Shown here piece after piece: positions 1 through 14,210 of a stretch of 64,000 bases of DNA. The notes under the pieces are model-generated. The model was not told the origin of the DNA. It saw only the letters and a list, made by a program, of their open reading frames with translations, and searched no databases. This DNA is from Octopus vulgaris (taxonomy: Eukaryota). The stretch is from assembly GCA_951406725.2 (NCBI GenBank), contig OX597830.1, positions 37,262,001-37,326,000 of the forward strand, in the 5' to 3' direction. How positions within the stretch are numbered: position 1 is the first letter of the stretch; every line of letters starts with the position of its first letter. A program made the position numbers and the translations under genes.

Positions 1-500
1 CACTATTCTCCTTCAGCCACTGAACTAGTCAACTTCTCTCAAATAATGGCCATTCCTATTTTAACTATCTCAACATTTAACTCTATATAACATATGTTAC
101 TATTCACATACTATCTAAACCAGCCTTCACTCTTCCACCCACTTTCCACCTCTACTACTATCTCTAGCCTCATTAATAACCTCTAACCCTGAAATTTATT
201 ATCTTCTCCCACTACTCTCTATCTAAATAGCTTCCAACTCCTGCTATTACGTTTAGTTCTCCACAAAACCATTCCATCTTAACTCTTTTTCTGTCAACAC
301 CTCAGCGGTAAAATTCTTCCCTGAAGACGGGGGCTGGTATTATCCGATGATGGAATCAATTTGCAATCATTATTTTGGACAATCAAGGCTTCAGAAACAG
401 CTGTTGGACTCGCAAAACTCTTCTGCAACCCCTTTAATTCCTGATATCGTTTCTATTCTGTGTAAGTCGGTTGGTTTTATATGTAAACACATTCTTTTAT
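1..500 (+). mobile_element. Penelope-like element 3' region / pseudo-LTR remnant
   Basis: C/T-rich tract followed by an HHR motif (318-408) and an AT-rich tail, the usual layout of a PLE terminal repeat. Confidence 0.45.
318..408 (+). ncRNA. Type I hammerhead ribozyme motif with long stem II
   Basis: tcc-CTGAAGA-(~65 nt partly self-complementary)-GAAA-CAGCTG-TT-gga; stem I tcc/gga, palindromic ACAGCTGT stem III. Confidence 0.6.
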
Positions 501-506
501 TCATTG

Positions 507-659
507 CAGCACCGCATTTACTCGAACAAATCGACCCCAGGACTAATTTTTTGTAAGCCTAGTACTTATTCTATCGATCTCTTTTTGCTGAACCGCTAGA
601 TTACGGGGACGTAAACGCACCAGCATCGGTTGTCAAACAAAGTTGGGGGGATAGACGCA

Positions 660-715
<56 letters not shown>

Positions 716-900
716 ACGTTAATCTAAACATGGACAAAGAGAAAACACAACAACGCGAGGAACAAGTATAGTGTTATTGGACGTTCAGGAAAGGAAATAA
801 AGGAGGATTTAACGTTTCGAGCAGAGCTCTTCGTCAAAAACTTAGAAAAAGGAAAGGTCCAAGGAAGGAAAGACAATCGCCAACGACACACACGCGGTAA

Positions 901-967
<67 letters not shown>

Positions 968-1109
968 GACGGTCTTCTTTCAATTTCAAGGCTTTTGTCG
1001 GCCCGAAGCTATAGTAGAAGACGCTTGCCCAAGGTGCCATGCAGTGGGACTGAACCCGGAACCATGTGGCTGGTAAGCAAGCTACTTACTACACAGCCAC
1101 TCCTGCGCC
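507..1109 (-). mobile_element. Bipartite tRNA-derived SINE (head 966-1109, tail 507-660) with internal microsatellite
   Basis: Minus-strand head ggcgcaggagtggctgtgtagtaag...gggttcagtccc (A/B boxes); both halves recur at 13968, 32150, 36092 and 41745. Confidence 0.8.
716..898 (-). mobile_element. Short PLE pseudo-LTR-like repeat with HHR motif at 807-840 (core decayed to TTGACGA)
   Basis: Reverse complement matches 8330-8492 and 58540-58715; it sits inside the SINE microsatellite. Confidence 0.65.
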
Positions 1110-2347
1110 TATATACATTAAAAAATTAAATCTATTTCATATATTTTGTATATCAGCTTGCCTAACTTGCTCGTCCTTACATTTATTCCTCTACCTGCTC
1201 AAGTTTAAATCTCTTGGGCAATACGAGGTGTATCATTAAGTTTAGATTACGTTAACTGACACACGTTGTACGGCTGAGCATTCAAGAACTTTGCATCGTA
1301 TTTACGAGGTCCGACGTTCATTCCTTTAGCGCGATACCTCGAGGAAGTATCACTTACGATAACTTCATGTTAACGCCAACCATGTGAGTGAAATTTTATT
1401 GAAAGACACTGCGCAAAAACAGTCCATGTTTCACAAATATTTTTATAATGATTCTTCTTTAAGTGGAAATGTGTCTGTGTTAATTTTATGAACTTAAAAA
1501 TTCATTTACCGAAACAACAGAATGCTCCGCGTACAAGTCGACGGTGATCCATTTAATTTATATTATCCATTATAATCTCCCTTTCATTTTAGATTATGAC
1601 TTTGCTTGGCTTTTACTTTAAACCTTTTTGGTGAGGACGCCGAGGTTTCTATATTGGCTCATTTGGAAAGCTTTGATTTGCTGGAGAATAATTAGGTTTT
1701 ACCATTCATGTGGAATGATGCATGAAATTAGACAATGTCATCCTACATTCTTTGAGGTGGTTTATCGTTCACATTTTGTGCTGAAAAATGCTTATTTGAA
1801 AAATTACTTTTTTGTTCCTTTCTACACCTGGTAACTGGTGTATTTGTACAGTATTAAGGAATGTCAGCTTACATGGAATTTAGGCTTAATGCAATCATTT
1901 TTTTATTCAGTACAAAGATCTATCCAATGAATCATGCTTGTTGCAGAGAAATTGTTCAATAAGGAATGCGTTTATATCGGGCTTAGAAAACTGCTCACTA
2001 TATAATTAGGAATAATTACATCTGCAGTCTGTCAGTGCATAGCTATCTCTCGTTTTTCAAAATCTGGTTTTGCAAGCGTATCAAAGCGAGGTCATATATT
2101 TAAATATTGAATGTCATATGTGAATTGGAAAACGAATGACAGAATAATACGTATTCGAAGTGAGCGATTTTAGGGATTAGCATGTTATATTAACCTTTCT
2201 TTGTAGAAAATAGCTCTACCTTCTTAATGTGGTGTGAGATTGATGTGAATAAGGGGCATACTGTGATTATCGCTAATACATTACATCTTTAAATTTTCAG
2301 CGGGTTTGGTCTAATTCGTTGAAGAGTTCAGCATATTCGTCACCTGC

Positions 2348-3300
<953 letters not shown>

Positions 3301-3379
3301 CGTCCTTTTCTTCTGCCGTAAGTCCAAACAATTTCTCGAGTTTATATATGTGTGTTAGTATTTAATTTTTGTCAAAAGT

Positions 3380-5850
3380 TGGTTAGCAACATTTGCTTTC
3401 GCGTGAGCGAGTTTCTCGCTCGAACATTTATCCTTTAAAACCACCTAAAAATTGACTGCCCAAAAGTAAAGGAGCAGCAGCAGCAGCAGCAGCAACAACA
3501 ACAACAAAAACAGTACCTGCAAAAGCAGCAACAACAAAAAGAAAACATTAGCCGCAAACCAGCACTGTTACCCCACCACCATCAGCACAACAGATGAAAG
3601 AGCTCTACGAACTGATGAAACAGCTCCACAAAACAACAAACTCAACCAACCTATCCAATCAACAGAACCAAGAGCAGAAGCAACACTGTCACCACCACCA
3701 ACACCACTACCAACAACAACAGCTACAGAACTGCCAAAGATTGAAAAGAGAAAAAACACTAACCCCTCATCCGCAACAGCCCATACATCACATCCCAACA
3801 ACCACCAAACATCACTAACAATAACAAAAACATCAACATACCCACAAATCGACCCCAATACTCTTCCCCTCTCATTTTCTGATTACTCCGACATGTCGTC
3901 TGATGAAGGCGACACGGAGGTATGGCAAAGGGGGCAAAAAGAACAACTACACAATAAAAAAAGCAGCGAGATATAGCATTCCCGACAACAAAACTCACAC
4001 ACATAACAACACCAGCACCAACACTACGAACATACATACATCAATAATGGTAACCGCGATCAACACGAACAATTTGGCCCTGATGCAATACATCAGGTCG
4101 CACACTGACATAATTGAAAACAGTTACAAAACAAACAACAACCTCGCACAACACTACCACAACACATTAGAATACTACACACCACACAACCACATAAACA
4201 TTCTACACACCACACAACACATTGAAATACTACCACAACACATTAAAATACTACACACCACACAAAACACACATAAATTAATGAAATCTCTTTGCTCCGA
4301 TGCAGTAGGTAGATTTCAAAAACAGTCGTCTAAAACACTATGTAAAAATCTCCTCACGGAAACTGAGGAGGAGAGTCCCCAACTTTCTAAACTGTAAGAG
4401 ACTCTCTTTCTCTCTCTCTCCCACTTTCTATTTTTACTTTGTGTCTGAAACACAACTTTCATCAGGCTCATGCTCAAGATAGGTAGTATAAATGTGCGTG
4501 GCTTGGGGTCACCTTGAAGCAAGTTTACCTGTTAAACGACATCAAGTCACAAAATGTTGATATCGTGGCCATCAGCGAAACCAGACTCTCCAGCCCGCGG
4601 ACACTCCAGACAATTCTATATTTATTCTCCCCGTGTCTGCCAAGAATGAGCGGTGGTGGTACTGCGGGGCTTTTTCGAAATAGTCTAGACCTGAAAGTAA
4701 GAGCAGTATTCCTAGAAACGGAGGACTGGCTGATCGTCTTCGATGTCGATGACAGTTATGGGTGTGCTTTCTGACTAATAACAGCGTATGAACTGTCCTA
4801 ATCAAATCGAATTTCTTTCGATGTCAAGAGGTTTTCCTGGGAACGACTCGACCCTTACTTTTGGGAGTGGGGTTGGAACGCTGCCTTGGACACGCATCTA
4901 GACTATGTGGATAGAGATAGGAGGAGAAGGGAATGTAAATACCTCATAGATCTGCTAAGTCGTTTTAAACTGTCTAACAGGGACCCACTGGACTATCCAA
5001 ATGTGTCAATGTGGACATGGTCCAACCGCAACGGATCGTCCAGATCGTATTTGGATAGAGTACTATATAGGACAGTGGATAGGGATAGTGTAGGTTGTCC
5101 AGAGTTTCACATAGTCAACTACATTGATCACAAATTCGTGACTTGTACGCTCGACTTAGGTAAGAATCTTAGGCAGTGACTCGGTTACTGGAAGCTGAAC
5201 GCATCGTTCCCAGTGCGACTGGCTTACAGAGACCGTATTAGCACATTAGTTAAGAGGACGTTGACGGGGCCCACCGTAAATAACAAATGGTAGTTTGCTC
5301 TATAGAGAGCAATCAAAGCAATAGGTCGAAACAGAATAGAAAGAGACTTAGTTAAGAAATTAGAAGATGCACTTAAAAGTGACATCCAAAGTGCTGGCGG
5401 CGAGGATGGCCGTTAACCAACACTTCAACGCAAAACAAGAAGGTTGCGTTGTCAGAGCGTGCCCTGAGAAACGAAGGAATTGCAGAAGGTGGCAACAAAG
5501 CCACCATTCGGTCTTTGAGGGATTAACAGAGTTCGAATTTACTCGTGCCCGAAAAGATGTTAGGCCTTTCAAAAGCACTTTACGTTACTGTTAGGGACGA
5601 CTGGTAGGTCAGAATGCAGGGTGGACTTTACTGCCTACCTAGAGAAGCAAGCCGATGCCATCCAACAGCATCTCCCTCATGGGACACTGGACCGACGGAC
5701 CGGTTGAATTGCTTGGGGTCTGGTCCGGTGTAGACCTCCAAATGGGGAAGAACTGGGACGAGATAACGAGTAGGAAGGCCATTCTCACTCAGCAATTGAC
5801 TGAGAGGAAGCTATCTGTAAAAGGTCAGGCTGAAGTGGCGTATGCGTACA
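3380..5850 (+). mobile_element. Decayed, internally deleted L1/Tx1-like LINE (APE endonuclease plus late ORF2 remnant)
   Basis: Frameshifted APE motifs from 4470: LKIGSINVRGL, DIVAISETRL, WTWSN...SYLDRV, DHKFV, GYWKLNAS; then LLGVW..NW near 5700. Upstream CAG/CAA- and CA-rich region. The RT core is absent. Confidence 0.75.
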
Positions 5851-5956
5851 TATAAATGTACGTTGACACAAACACACACACATATAAATACATATATTTT
5901 ATTGTGTCTGAGGAGAGTCATTCTCTTTTCGTGCCTTATTACATACTTACACACAC

Positions 5957-6025
<69 letters not shown>

Positions 6026-6026
6026 G

Positions 6027-6262
6027 AGGATGACCCCTTTCGGTCATACCAGCCTCCCCTCCGCGCGCCACCGATATTAGCCCAGGGAAAGACAATGGCC
6101 GATAGGGGTTGGCGCAACTCGTTTCTACAGTTGACTGAACTGGAGCAACGTGAAAACAAGGCTCTTACTCCAGAGCACAACACGCAGCTCGGTCCAGGAA
6201 TCGAACTAACAAACTCACGATAGTAAGCTCGACGCTCTAACCACCGAGCCATGCAGCCTTCA
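6027..6262 (-). mobile_element. tRNA-derived SINE (separate family)
   Basis: Minus strand tggctcggtggttagagcg (A box) ... gttcgattcctgg (B box), followed by ttgctccagttcagtcaactg. Confidence 0.75.
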
Positions 6263-6540
6263 CACACACACACTCACACACATACATATACATAGATGCA
6301 TATATGTAAATATATATATTACATAAATGTATTAAATGAAATAGTGACATCTCTATATATACACAGATGGAAAGAAAGATGAGTCTCGTGAACAACTGTT
6401 TTACTTTCATAATATTTCCATACATGTCTTAGCCTTTGGGATTGGTTAGGATTTCCCTAAACGATGACTCAGCATTGCCTGCAAGTGAACTATTTATGAA
6501 CCGCACTTGCTAGACTAACGCACACAGCAACATCCATACA

Positions 6541-6666
<126 letters not shown>

Positions 6667-7299
6667 CACATATATACACGAATACATGCATACGTGTATT
6701 CCCACTTTAACGAGAGAAAATAAATTTCCATATATTATTCATTATAATAACAAATAACCGAAGACACACAATTCCCCCATGTGCGATTAAACATCTTGCT
6801 GTGAGATCGAGGGATGCAAAATGATTATAATAAACTGAAGTAAACCCCTCTTAACAAATGAGTTGCATTATTAGTTTGTTTAGCAAATAGGGATTAGTGA
6901 ATCGTAACATAAGCTATTATCAATGGCAATTTATCCTTAGGATCCATTAGCTGATTTCATGTTTGACAACAAGCAATGAAAATGTTACTATTTAAATGCT
7001 GCTAATGTAATTTTGAACATGTGCTTCATAAGTGCCTTACAGTTGAACAACAAGAACTAATTCACTTAAAGCAGCCTCTCACCATCGCCCGATGGGACAA
7101 TATAGTTAGTCGTGCGATAAGAAACACCGTAGAAACGGATTCTAATGCTCAGAGAAATTTTGACGAAACCAATCGCTTGGTTATGTCTTTCAATGTGACA
7201 AGATATTTTAAGTCGGAGTTTTTCAATGTATTTTTCAGTATGAAATTATTCTGTTCAACTATAATCGTACAAGAAGCATAATAACGACAATGTAGATAG

Positions 7300-7429
7300 A
7301 CATGGCTGTCTGTTAAGAAGTTTCAGTCTCTACCACATGCATAGCATCTTGTGCAAGTGTACTCTGCCATATTCTGAAGCTAACCCAAATCTTGTAAGTA
7401 GATTTAGTTGATGGAAGGTGAAGACCGTC

Positions 7430-7432
<3 letters not shown>
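7300..7432 (+). mobile_element. Degenerate head half of the bipartite SINE
   Basis: catggctgtctgttaagaag...tcttgtgcaagtgt...cttgtaagt similar to 13968-14097. Confidence 0.55.
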
Positions 7433-7492
<60 letters not shown>

Positions 7493-7663
7493 CCTGCTCG
7501 CTTAGCCAGCGGGGTGGCGTCATTTGAAGGCTAAAACAATGCGAAGCGCATTGTGACCAGCGATGTGTAACAACATCTGATGGCCTGGTCGGTTACGGCG
7601 ATCACGGTGATATATATATATATATATGTATAAGAAAGTTGGTTTGTGAACGCACGTGGGTGA

Positions 7664-7900
7664 ATATATAGAAAATAGTAGAGTGAAAAAACGACAGAAG
7701 GCTTGAATGTTAAAATATATATATATTTGCGTCAATATGTCTGAAGAATATTAGAAAATTAAAAAAAAATTTTTTCCTCTTATAATGACATAAATTAAAA
7801 AAATTAAAAAAAAAATTTTCTAATATTCTTCAGACATATTGACGCAAATATATATATTTTTTAACATTCAAGGCTTCTGTCGTTTTTTCACTCTACTATT

Positions 7901-7910
<10 letters not shown>
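7664..7910. repeat. Near-perfect inverted repeat, ~97 bp arms (7664-7760 / 7814-7910)
   Basis: gaaaatagtagagtgaaaaaacgacagaag...ctgaagaatattagaaaatt and its reverse complement, separated by an A-rich spacer. Confidence 0.95.
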
Positions 7911-7955
<45 letters not shown>

Positions 7956-8008
7956 ACGGTCTTCACCTTCCATCAACTAAATTCACTTACAAGGTTTTCA
8001 TCAGCCTA

Positions 8009-8262
8009 AGAAGGAATAGCTAAAGTCCAAACCAATAATTAGGGATAATATCTCGAAGGGAATGAAAAATAAAAACATTTACTGGACCATGGTTTCTGAC
8101 TTAAAATGATTTGCCAGTCGTACCTGTTGACGAAGACTTCGCCTGGCAAATTAAAAAATAGTCAGAAACTATGGTCCAGGAAAAAATGGTAAATGGTTTT
8201 AGTTTTTATTCCCTTCGGGATTTTATCCCCAATTAGTGGTTTTGATTTTAGTTGTTCCTTCT
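8009..8262. repeat. Imperfect foldback, ~110 bp arms with ~20 nt loop (MITE-like)
   Basis: agaaggaatagctaaagtccaaacc...tggaccatggtttctgact...atttgccag pairs with ctggcaaat...agtcagaaactatggtcca...ttttagttgttccttct. Confidence 0.85.
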
Positions 8263-8358
8263 AGCATAAGGGAGTCCTATGATGGATAACTCTTAACGTG
8301 TTTAAATGTACACTGTATTTTATATATAATTTTTTTCCTCTGTCTTCCCTTCTCCTAT

Positions 8359-8393
8359 GTTTCCGACGAAGAGCTCCGCTCGAAACGTTAAAC
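8359..8393 (+). ncRNA. Minimal type I hammerhead ribozyme motif (CCGACGA core) in PLE-like repeat 8330-8492
   Basis: gttt-CCGACGA-a-gagc(tcc)gctc-GAAA-CG-TT-aaac; stems I and II are perfect; identical to 58585-58619. Confidence 0.7.
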
Positions 8394-8491
8394 CCTCCTT
8401 CTTTCCTTCTTTCCTGAGCGTCTAATAATACTATATTTGTTCCACGTCCTCGCGTTGTTGTGTTTTTTTGTGCTTTCTTGTTTGGATTAAC

Positions 8492-8522
<31 letters not shown>

Positions 8523-9160
8523 AGTGTATTGTCGGACTTCTTCGTGTTTGCCTGACACAGCTAACATAATTTATTGCAAACCTGTGTATCATTTGAAAGG
8601 TCTCGAGAGAATAATTTACTATCTGCAAAGGGCTGGTTGATGATGGGCGACTTATACGCTTATATCTATGTGCAAGTGTTCGTCGAGAGGTATCACAAAT
8701 AGCTTACTGCTTAACTTCCGTGCAATTTGTCGTGCAGATTATCAAAACATAAAATATTTATACTATAAACCTCCATTTAATAGTATGTCAGATCCTCAGA
8801 GAAGATGTACTCAACTTTCCCAATTCAATCAATAACGTGGTCAAGCTTCTTCAGTCGTAAATTAGCCTAGATTTTTATTCATGAGAAACAAGAGTATGTA
8901 ATACAATGAAGCCATATCCTCCTGTAGAGCAAGACCTGCGTTAAATGTGGAAGAAATTAATTCTTTTTACGTTTCATCGAATTTTACTACCAAATGTTTT
9001 TCACATTCCGTCAATATACCATACTTTGAAATTCTGGTCAAACATTATTTATTTCTGGTCAATAAGTTTCGTAGCTTTAAATCATTATTTCTATGCCAGA
9101 CTGTGATATACACACATTTAAAAACAATCATAAAAACATACACACACACTCTCTACCCTG

Positions 9161-9300
<140 letters not shown>

Positions 9301-10628
9301 CTGAATTAAATTGTTAATGTGCTGCTGAATATGTTGTTACAAATCTCAAGCTATATAATTAATTATCATAGTCTGGTTTTACTAGTATAAAAATCACAGT
9401 ATCTTTTGCAATTAAGAACATAGAGTATTTATTAGTGTGCATGAAATTGTTACTTTCTGTCTCAAATACCGAGCATGAGAAGAAGAAATCTTGAAGCGTT
9501 GCCATACCGAAATACGTAATTAATTTCGTCTGTGAAGCTATTTATAAAATAATAAAGTGTTTCCCACAAAATGTTGATAAGTCTTAGTTGATGTGGTTAA
9601 ACCCATTAGTGGAATATTGCTATATTTTATCAATTACATGAGAAATACAGTTGATCGTGACTGGATTTGAAGGCAAAATATATAAAGGAGAAAACCTGCG
9701 AATTATTAAACTCCATGTTGAATAAGTAAAACAGAAGATTAGCTCTCGAATTATATGAGAGAGAAATATATTAAAGAATTTGCTGTTGATAGATTTATAT
9801 ATTTTATGGAAATCAAGGTGCCAATGTTATTAATGTTGTCTATAGCTTTGTTATGCTTGCTACGAAAACAAATAAACACGACTTTGTAGGCCAACGTGAA
9901 CTTGTATTACTGTACTGTAAATTGTAACAAGCAGTCTCATGTGGAACACTTAATATGCGATCATTTCTGTCCACTATTCCTTGTTTGAGCTGTCGAACGA
10001 TACGATCTCTTAAGGTTTTAATTTCTTTTAACGTGACATAAAACTCCTGTAAGATTATGAAGTTTATGAAGGGCGTAGAATAAAAACCGTTCATATAACC
10101 TTATTTATCGGAACTTTCGTACATATACACACATATACACACACAAATAAACACACATACCACGTATATGAATGTAGATATAGATATACATATATTAATA
10201 TATATATGCATACATACATGCAAGCATACATGTCTACATACACACACATACCTATATATATGCATGTGCGTGTATGTGTTTGTGTGTGTGTATAATCAAT
10301 TATACACATGATTTTAGTGTGAGCTACTAAAAGTTTAATGCTTCAGTAGAACAATAAGAAGATGAATTTGTATAGCGTGCCATGAACTATCAGAAGCCTC
10401 ATACTTATAGTAACACATATTTAAATGTTGTGTGTATTAAATCATATTCTCAGTAGGAACTAAAAGTGCGCAATAGTTGTTGAAAGATTTAATTTGCATG
10501 TTTGCACAAATTCACTCCAAGTAGGATAACATTAATATCTTTTCATGAGATACTATGAATCTTTTATTTTTTAGAAAGATTTTCATGTTTTCTTTCAATT
10601 TCTCCATGTTAATGATACATCAATAATA

Positions 10629-11831
10629 TCAGGTTGAGTGAAAAAAGTAAGCAACGTTTTGAAGCATGAAGAATTTGTACCGGATTTTTTGTACCGGAAT
10701 TTTTTAAAACATGTTTTTGAAATTGTCTGATAATACACACGTTGACTTGCCCAAGTGCATCCATAAATTAGCATTGATATTTTTTTCATCCTTGTTACAA
10801 TCATCTGAAATGGAACTGTCAAAGCGCAATATTCGAGCAATTTTGCTATTCAACTTCAAAAAAGGACATAAAGTAGTTGAAACTGCTCGCGATATCAACG
10901 AAACATTTGGCTCAAAAATGGTTTAAACGATTTCATAGTGGTGACCTGAGTCTTGAAGATCGTGAGCATAGTGGACGCCCATCTATCATCGATGACGGTC
11001 AGTTAAAGACTGCCATGGAGAAAAATCCACGTAAAACCACTTGAAAACTGGCAGAAGAACCTCAAGTGAAGCAGAAAACAGCCTGCAACAATTTGCATGC
11101 GATCGGAAAATCAAAAAGGCTCGATAGATGGGTACCACACGATTTGAATGAAAATAAGAAAATGCGCAGATATGAAATTTGCTCCTCGCTTCTCCGTAAC
11201 AAGACTGATCCATTTCTCAACCGTATTCTAACTTGCAATGAAAGTTAGATCTGTACAATAAAAAAAGAACGTTCTTCCCTAACTCCAAGCTCTCCAAAAA
11301 GAAGGTTATGGTGACTGTTTGATGGTGTACTGCTAGAGTCATCTACTATAATTTCTTAAAACCCAAAAAACCATTACTGCAGAAACATATTGCCATGACA
11401 TTGCATAAATGAACGAAAATATGCTATTCCTGCATCCCAGATTGATCAACAGAAGAGAAGCAATGATTCTTCATGACAATGCTGAACCACACGTTTCACT
11501 AATGACGCTCCAAAAGTTGAGGAAACCTGGCTACGAAGTTCTTCCCGACTCGAGACCATTTTCCTACTGACTACCACTTTTTCAAGCGCATTGATGGCTT
11601 CCTGCGAGAGAAGGAATTCAAAAATCAAACCGATGCTGAAAGTGCGAAATCTGTAGTTCACCAGCTCCAGAACTCCACAATTTTATGTTATCAGAATAAA
11701 CAAACTTGTAACTCGTAGGCAAACATGTGTTGATTGTAATGATACTTTGATGAATACAATTCCCGCATTGTTGAAAAACATTGTGATGAATTTCATGTTT
11801 CAAAACGTTGCTTACATTTTACTCAGCCTGA
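10629..11831 (+). mobile_element. Near full-length defective mariner transposon
   Basis: TA TSDs; TIR tcaggttgagtgaaaaaagtaagcaacgttttgaa / ttcaaaacgttgcttacattttactcagcctga; transposase MELSKRNIRAILLFNFKKG, WVPHDL, TCNE, HDNA, DYHFF with stops and frameshifts. Confidence 0.92.
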
Positions 11832-13139
11832 TACATAGGACATCATACCAGGGGCAACAGAGTACAGATCAAATGCCTGCTGCGTTATTATGAAGAAAAA
11901 GGAAATACTGAACTAAACACAGGGAAACAATTGACCTATTGTTTACCATTCTGCAAAATCATAATCAAGAAAGGGTTAATATGTATAAGTTGTTGATCGA
12001 AAACATTATTCAATAATAAATATTGTTAGATATGTATATACATTTTTCTTTTGGCAAATAAATGTATTCATTCAGTAAAATATTTCCTTTTAAACTCCCA
12101 CACTGGTAACATTATGTATATGAATGCACTTATTTTACGGACACAGTAATGTGATTAATAAACTAGATCATTCCATAAGTTAACTGAATGTCTTTATGTT
12201 ACTACTTTTGCTCGCAATTGAGTAGTTAATGCTGACAATATTATTTCAACGTATTATTCGCTGTTTTGTTTAATTATTTTTTCCAGATACTAACATTGTT
12301 AGCATCGATTGCCTTAGTAATATAGTCCATTTTAAACATTTTCGCGAGATAATTATTTAATTACCGCCAACAAAAGCCGATGAACTAAAAAGCATGTAAA
12401 AAATAAAGTGTGCTTTCATGAATCATTAATATTTGCAGGTCAATAACAAGCGTAAATGCTTCAGAAATAGAATAACTCACGCACAGACATAGTGTAATAG
12501 TTCTTTCTTTAATATGAATGCTAAAAAAAGCGGTCTTCCTTCCCTCTGCTTCAATCAATACCTTACAACATTTGTAACAATTAACCTTATTATTTCTGAC
12601 ACGCTACCACTGGAAACCAAGTGTGCATGTAATAAGCGACACAGGGGTTTTGCAATGAACAGAAGACAAACAATTCAGTTGTTGCTTTATCAGATACCAA
12701 TTAGTTAAGAAAACTAAAAATGATTAATATTAGCACACAACATTTTGACGCGCTCCATACATCGTACTTAAAACACGAAAGAAATGAAACTTGATATTGC
12801 TAGAGTTCTTACTCCAAGTGCGAATATTTTTGTGGATGATACATAGAGTAGAGTGAATTGCAATAAAGTATTTACTATTTATTTCATCACACAGAAGAAC
12901 AAAGGATAAAGTCAATCGGACAGGAAAACTCTGAAATCAGATAGTAAATTTCCTAGTACATACTACAAAGAATTTTGTCGGTAAATAATCAAATATTCAT
13001 CGAGATACAATAACACGGAAGCAGCTCATTGAACCCTTAGTTGACAAGTGTGGACAGGTAAGTCTAAAACTAGACTAGATAAACCACAAGCAACGTTTCA
13101 CTTGCATGCAGAAACCTCTTTGCGCAAACCTACACACTG

Positions 13140-13368
13140 TTTCTTTACTACCCACAAGGGGCTAAACACAGAGAGGACAAACAAGGACAGGCAAACAGGT
13201 TAAGTCGATTATATCAACCCCAGTGCGTAACTGGTACTTATTTAATCGACCCCGAAAGGATGAAAGGCAAAGTCGACCTCGGCGGAATTTGAACTCAGAA
13301 CGTAACGGCAGACGAAGTACGGCTACGCATTTCGCCCGGCGTGCTAACGATTCTGCCAGCTCGCCGCC
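13140..13368 (-). mobile_element. tRNA-derived SINE family A (central gcctttcatcctttcggggtcgat motif, Meta-domain-like)
   Basis: ggcggcgagctggcagaatcgttag...gagttcaaattccgcc; near-identical copies at 25221, 33783 and 50234. Confidence 0.88.
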
Positions 13369-13908
13369 TTAATACACACACACAGACACACGCATACAGA
13401 CACACACAGACACACACATACAGACACACACAGACACACACATACACACACACACAGACACACACATATATGATGATAGTTCATCCGTAAATTTTGACGA
13501 TGACCTTGGAAATGCAAAAATAAATGAATAAAAGTAGAAAGGGAGAAGTAAGTAGGTGAAAGAAAAATTGAATAGGGGGTGTGCTAAAGTTATATTCGTT
13601 CTTTGACGATAGATAAACAGACATCCGACCAAACAACACATCAAAAGAGAAGGCATCCATGCAGTGGACACAACAATCATAAACGGTCCGGCCTATGCTA
13701 AATTGTGCTTAAAATTACGGAAGTGGTGATATTTCATTGATTGATACCCTGACAGCCGCACTGAAAGATCCGTTGTCTGTTAATCAGTGAATTACTTAAC
13801 TCACCACTCAGCAATTTAATTTACAAACACGCTCACGCACTCACACACATGTATATGCATATGCATGTGTATGAGCATTTTTGCATCTCTATCTATATAC
13901 ATGCACAC

Positions 13909-13949
<41 letters not shown>

Positions 13950-13967
13950 TTTGTGTGTGTGTATATA

Positions 13968-14210
13968 GGCGTAGGAGTGGCTGTGTGGCAAGTAGCTTGC
14001 TTACGAACCACATGGTTCCGGGTTCTGTCCCACTGCATGGGATCTTGGGCAAGTGTCTTCTACTATAGCCTCGGGCCGATCAGAGCCTTGTGAGTGGATA
14101 GAATATTTACTAGGCTTACAAAGAATAAGTCCTGGGATCGATTTGCTCAAATAAAGGCGGTGCTCCAGCGTAGTCACAGTCAAATGACTGAAACAAGTAA
14201 AACAATAAAG
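13968..14210 (+). mobile_element. Bipartite SINE with its middle deleted (head fused to tail near 14097)
   Basis: Head ggcgtaggagtggctgtgtgg...ccttgtgagtg joined directly to gatagaat...aaatgactgaaacaagtaaaa. Confidence 0.8.

Noticed and set aside
3472-3818. Poly-Q/His-rich frame resembling a transcription-factor exon
   Set aside because: Short, interrupted by stops and contiguous with the Tx1-like LINE 5' region; no splice support.
13373-13466. 24 bp periodic repeat that could suggest a CRISPR-like array
   Set aside because: CA-derived minisatellite with no unique spacers, in a eukaryotic context.
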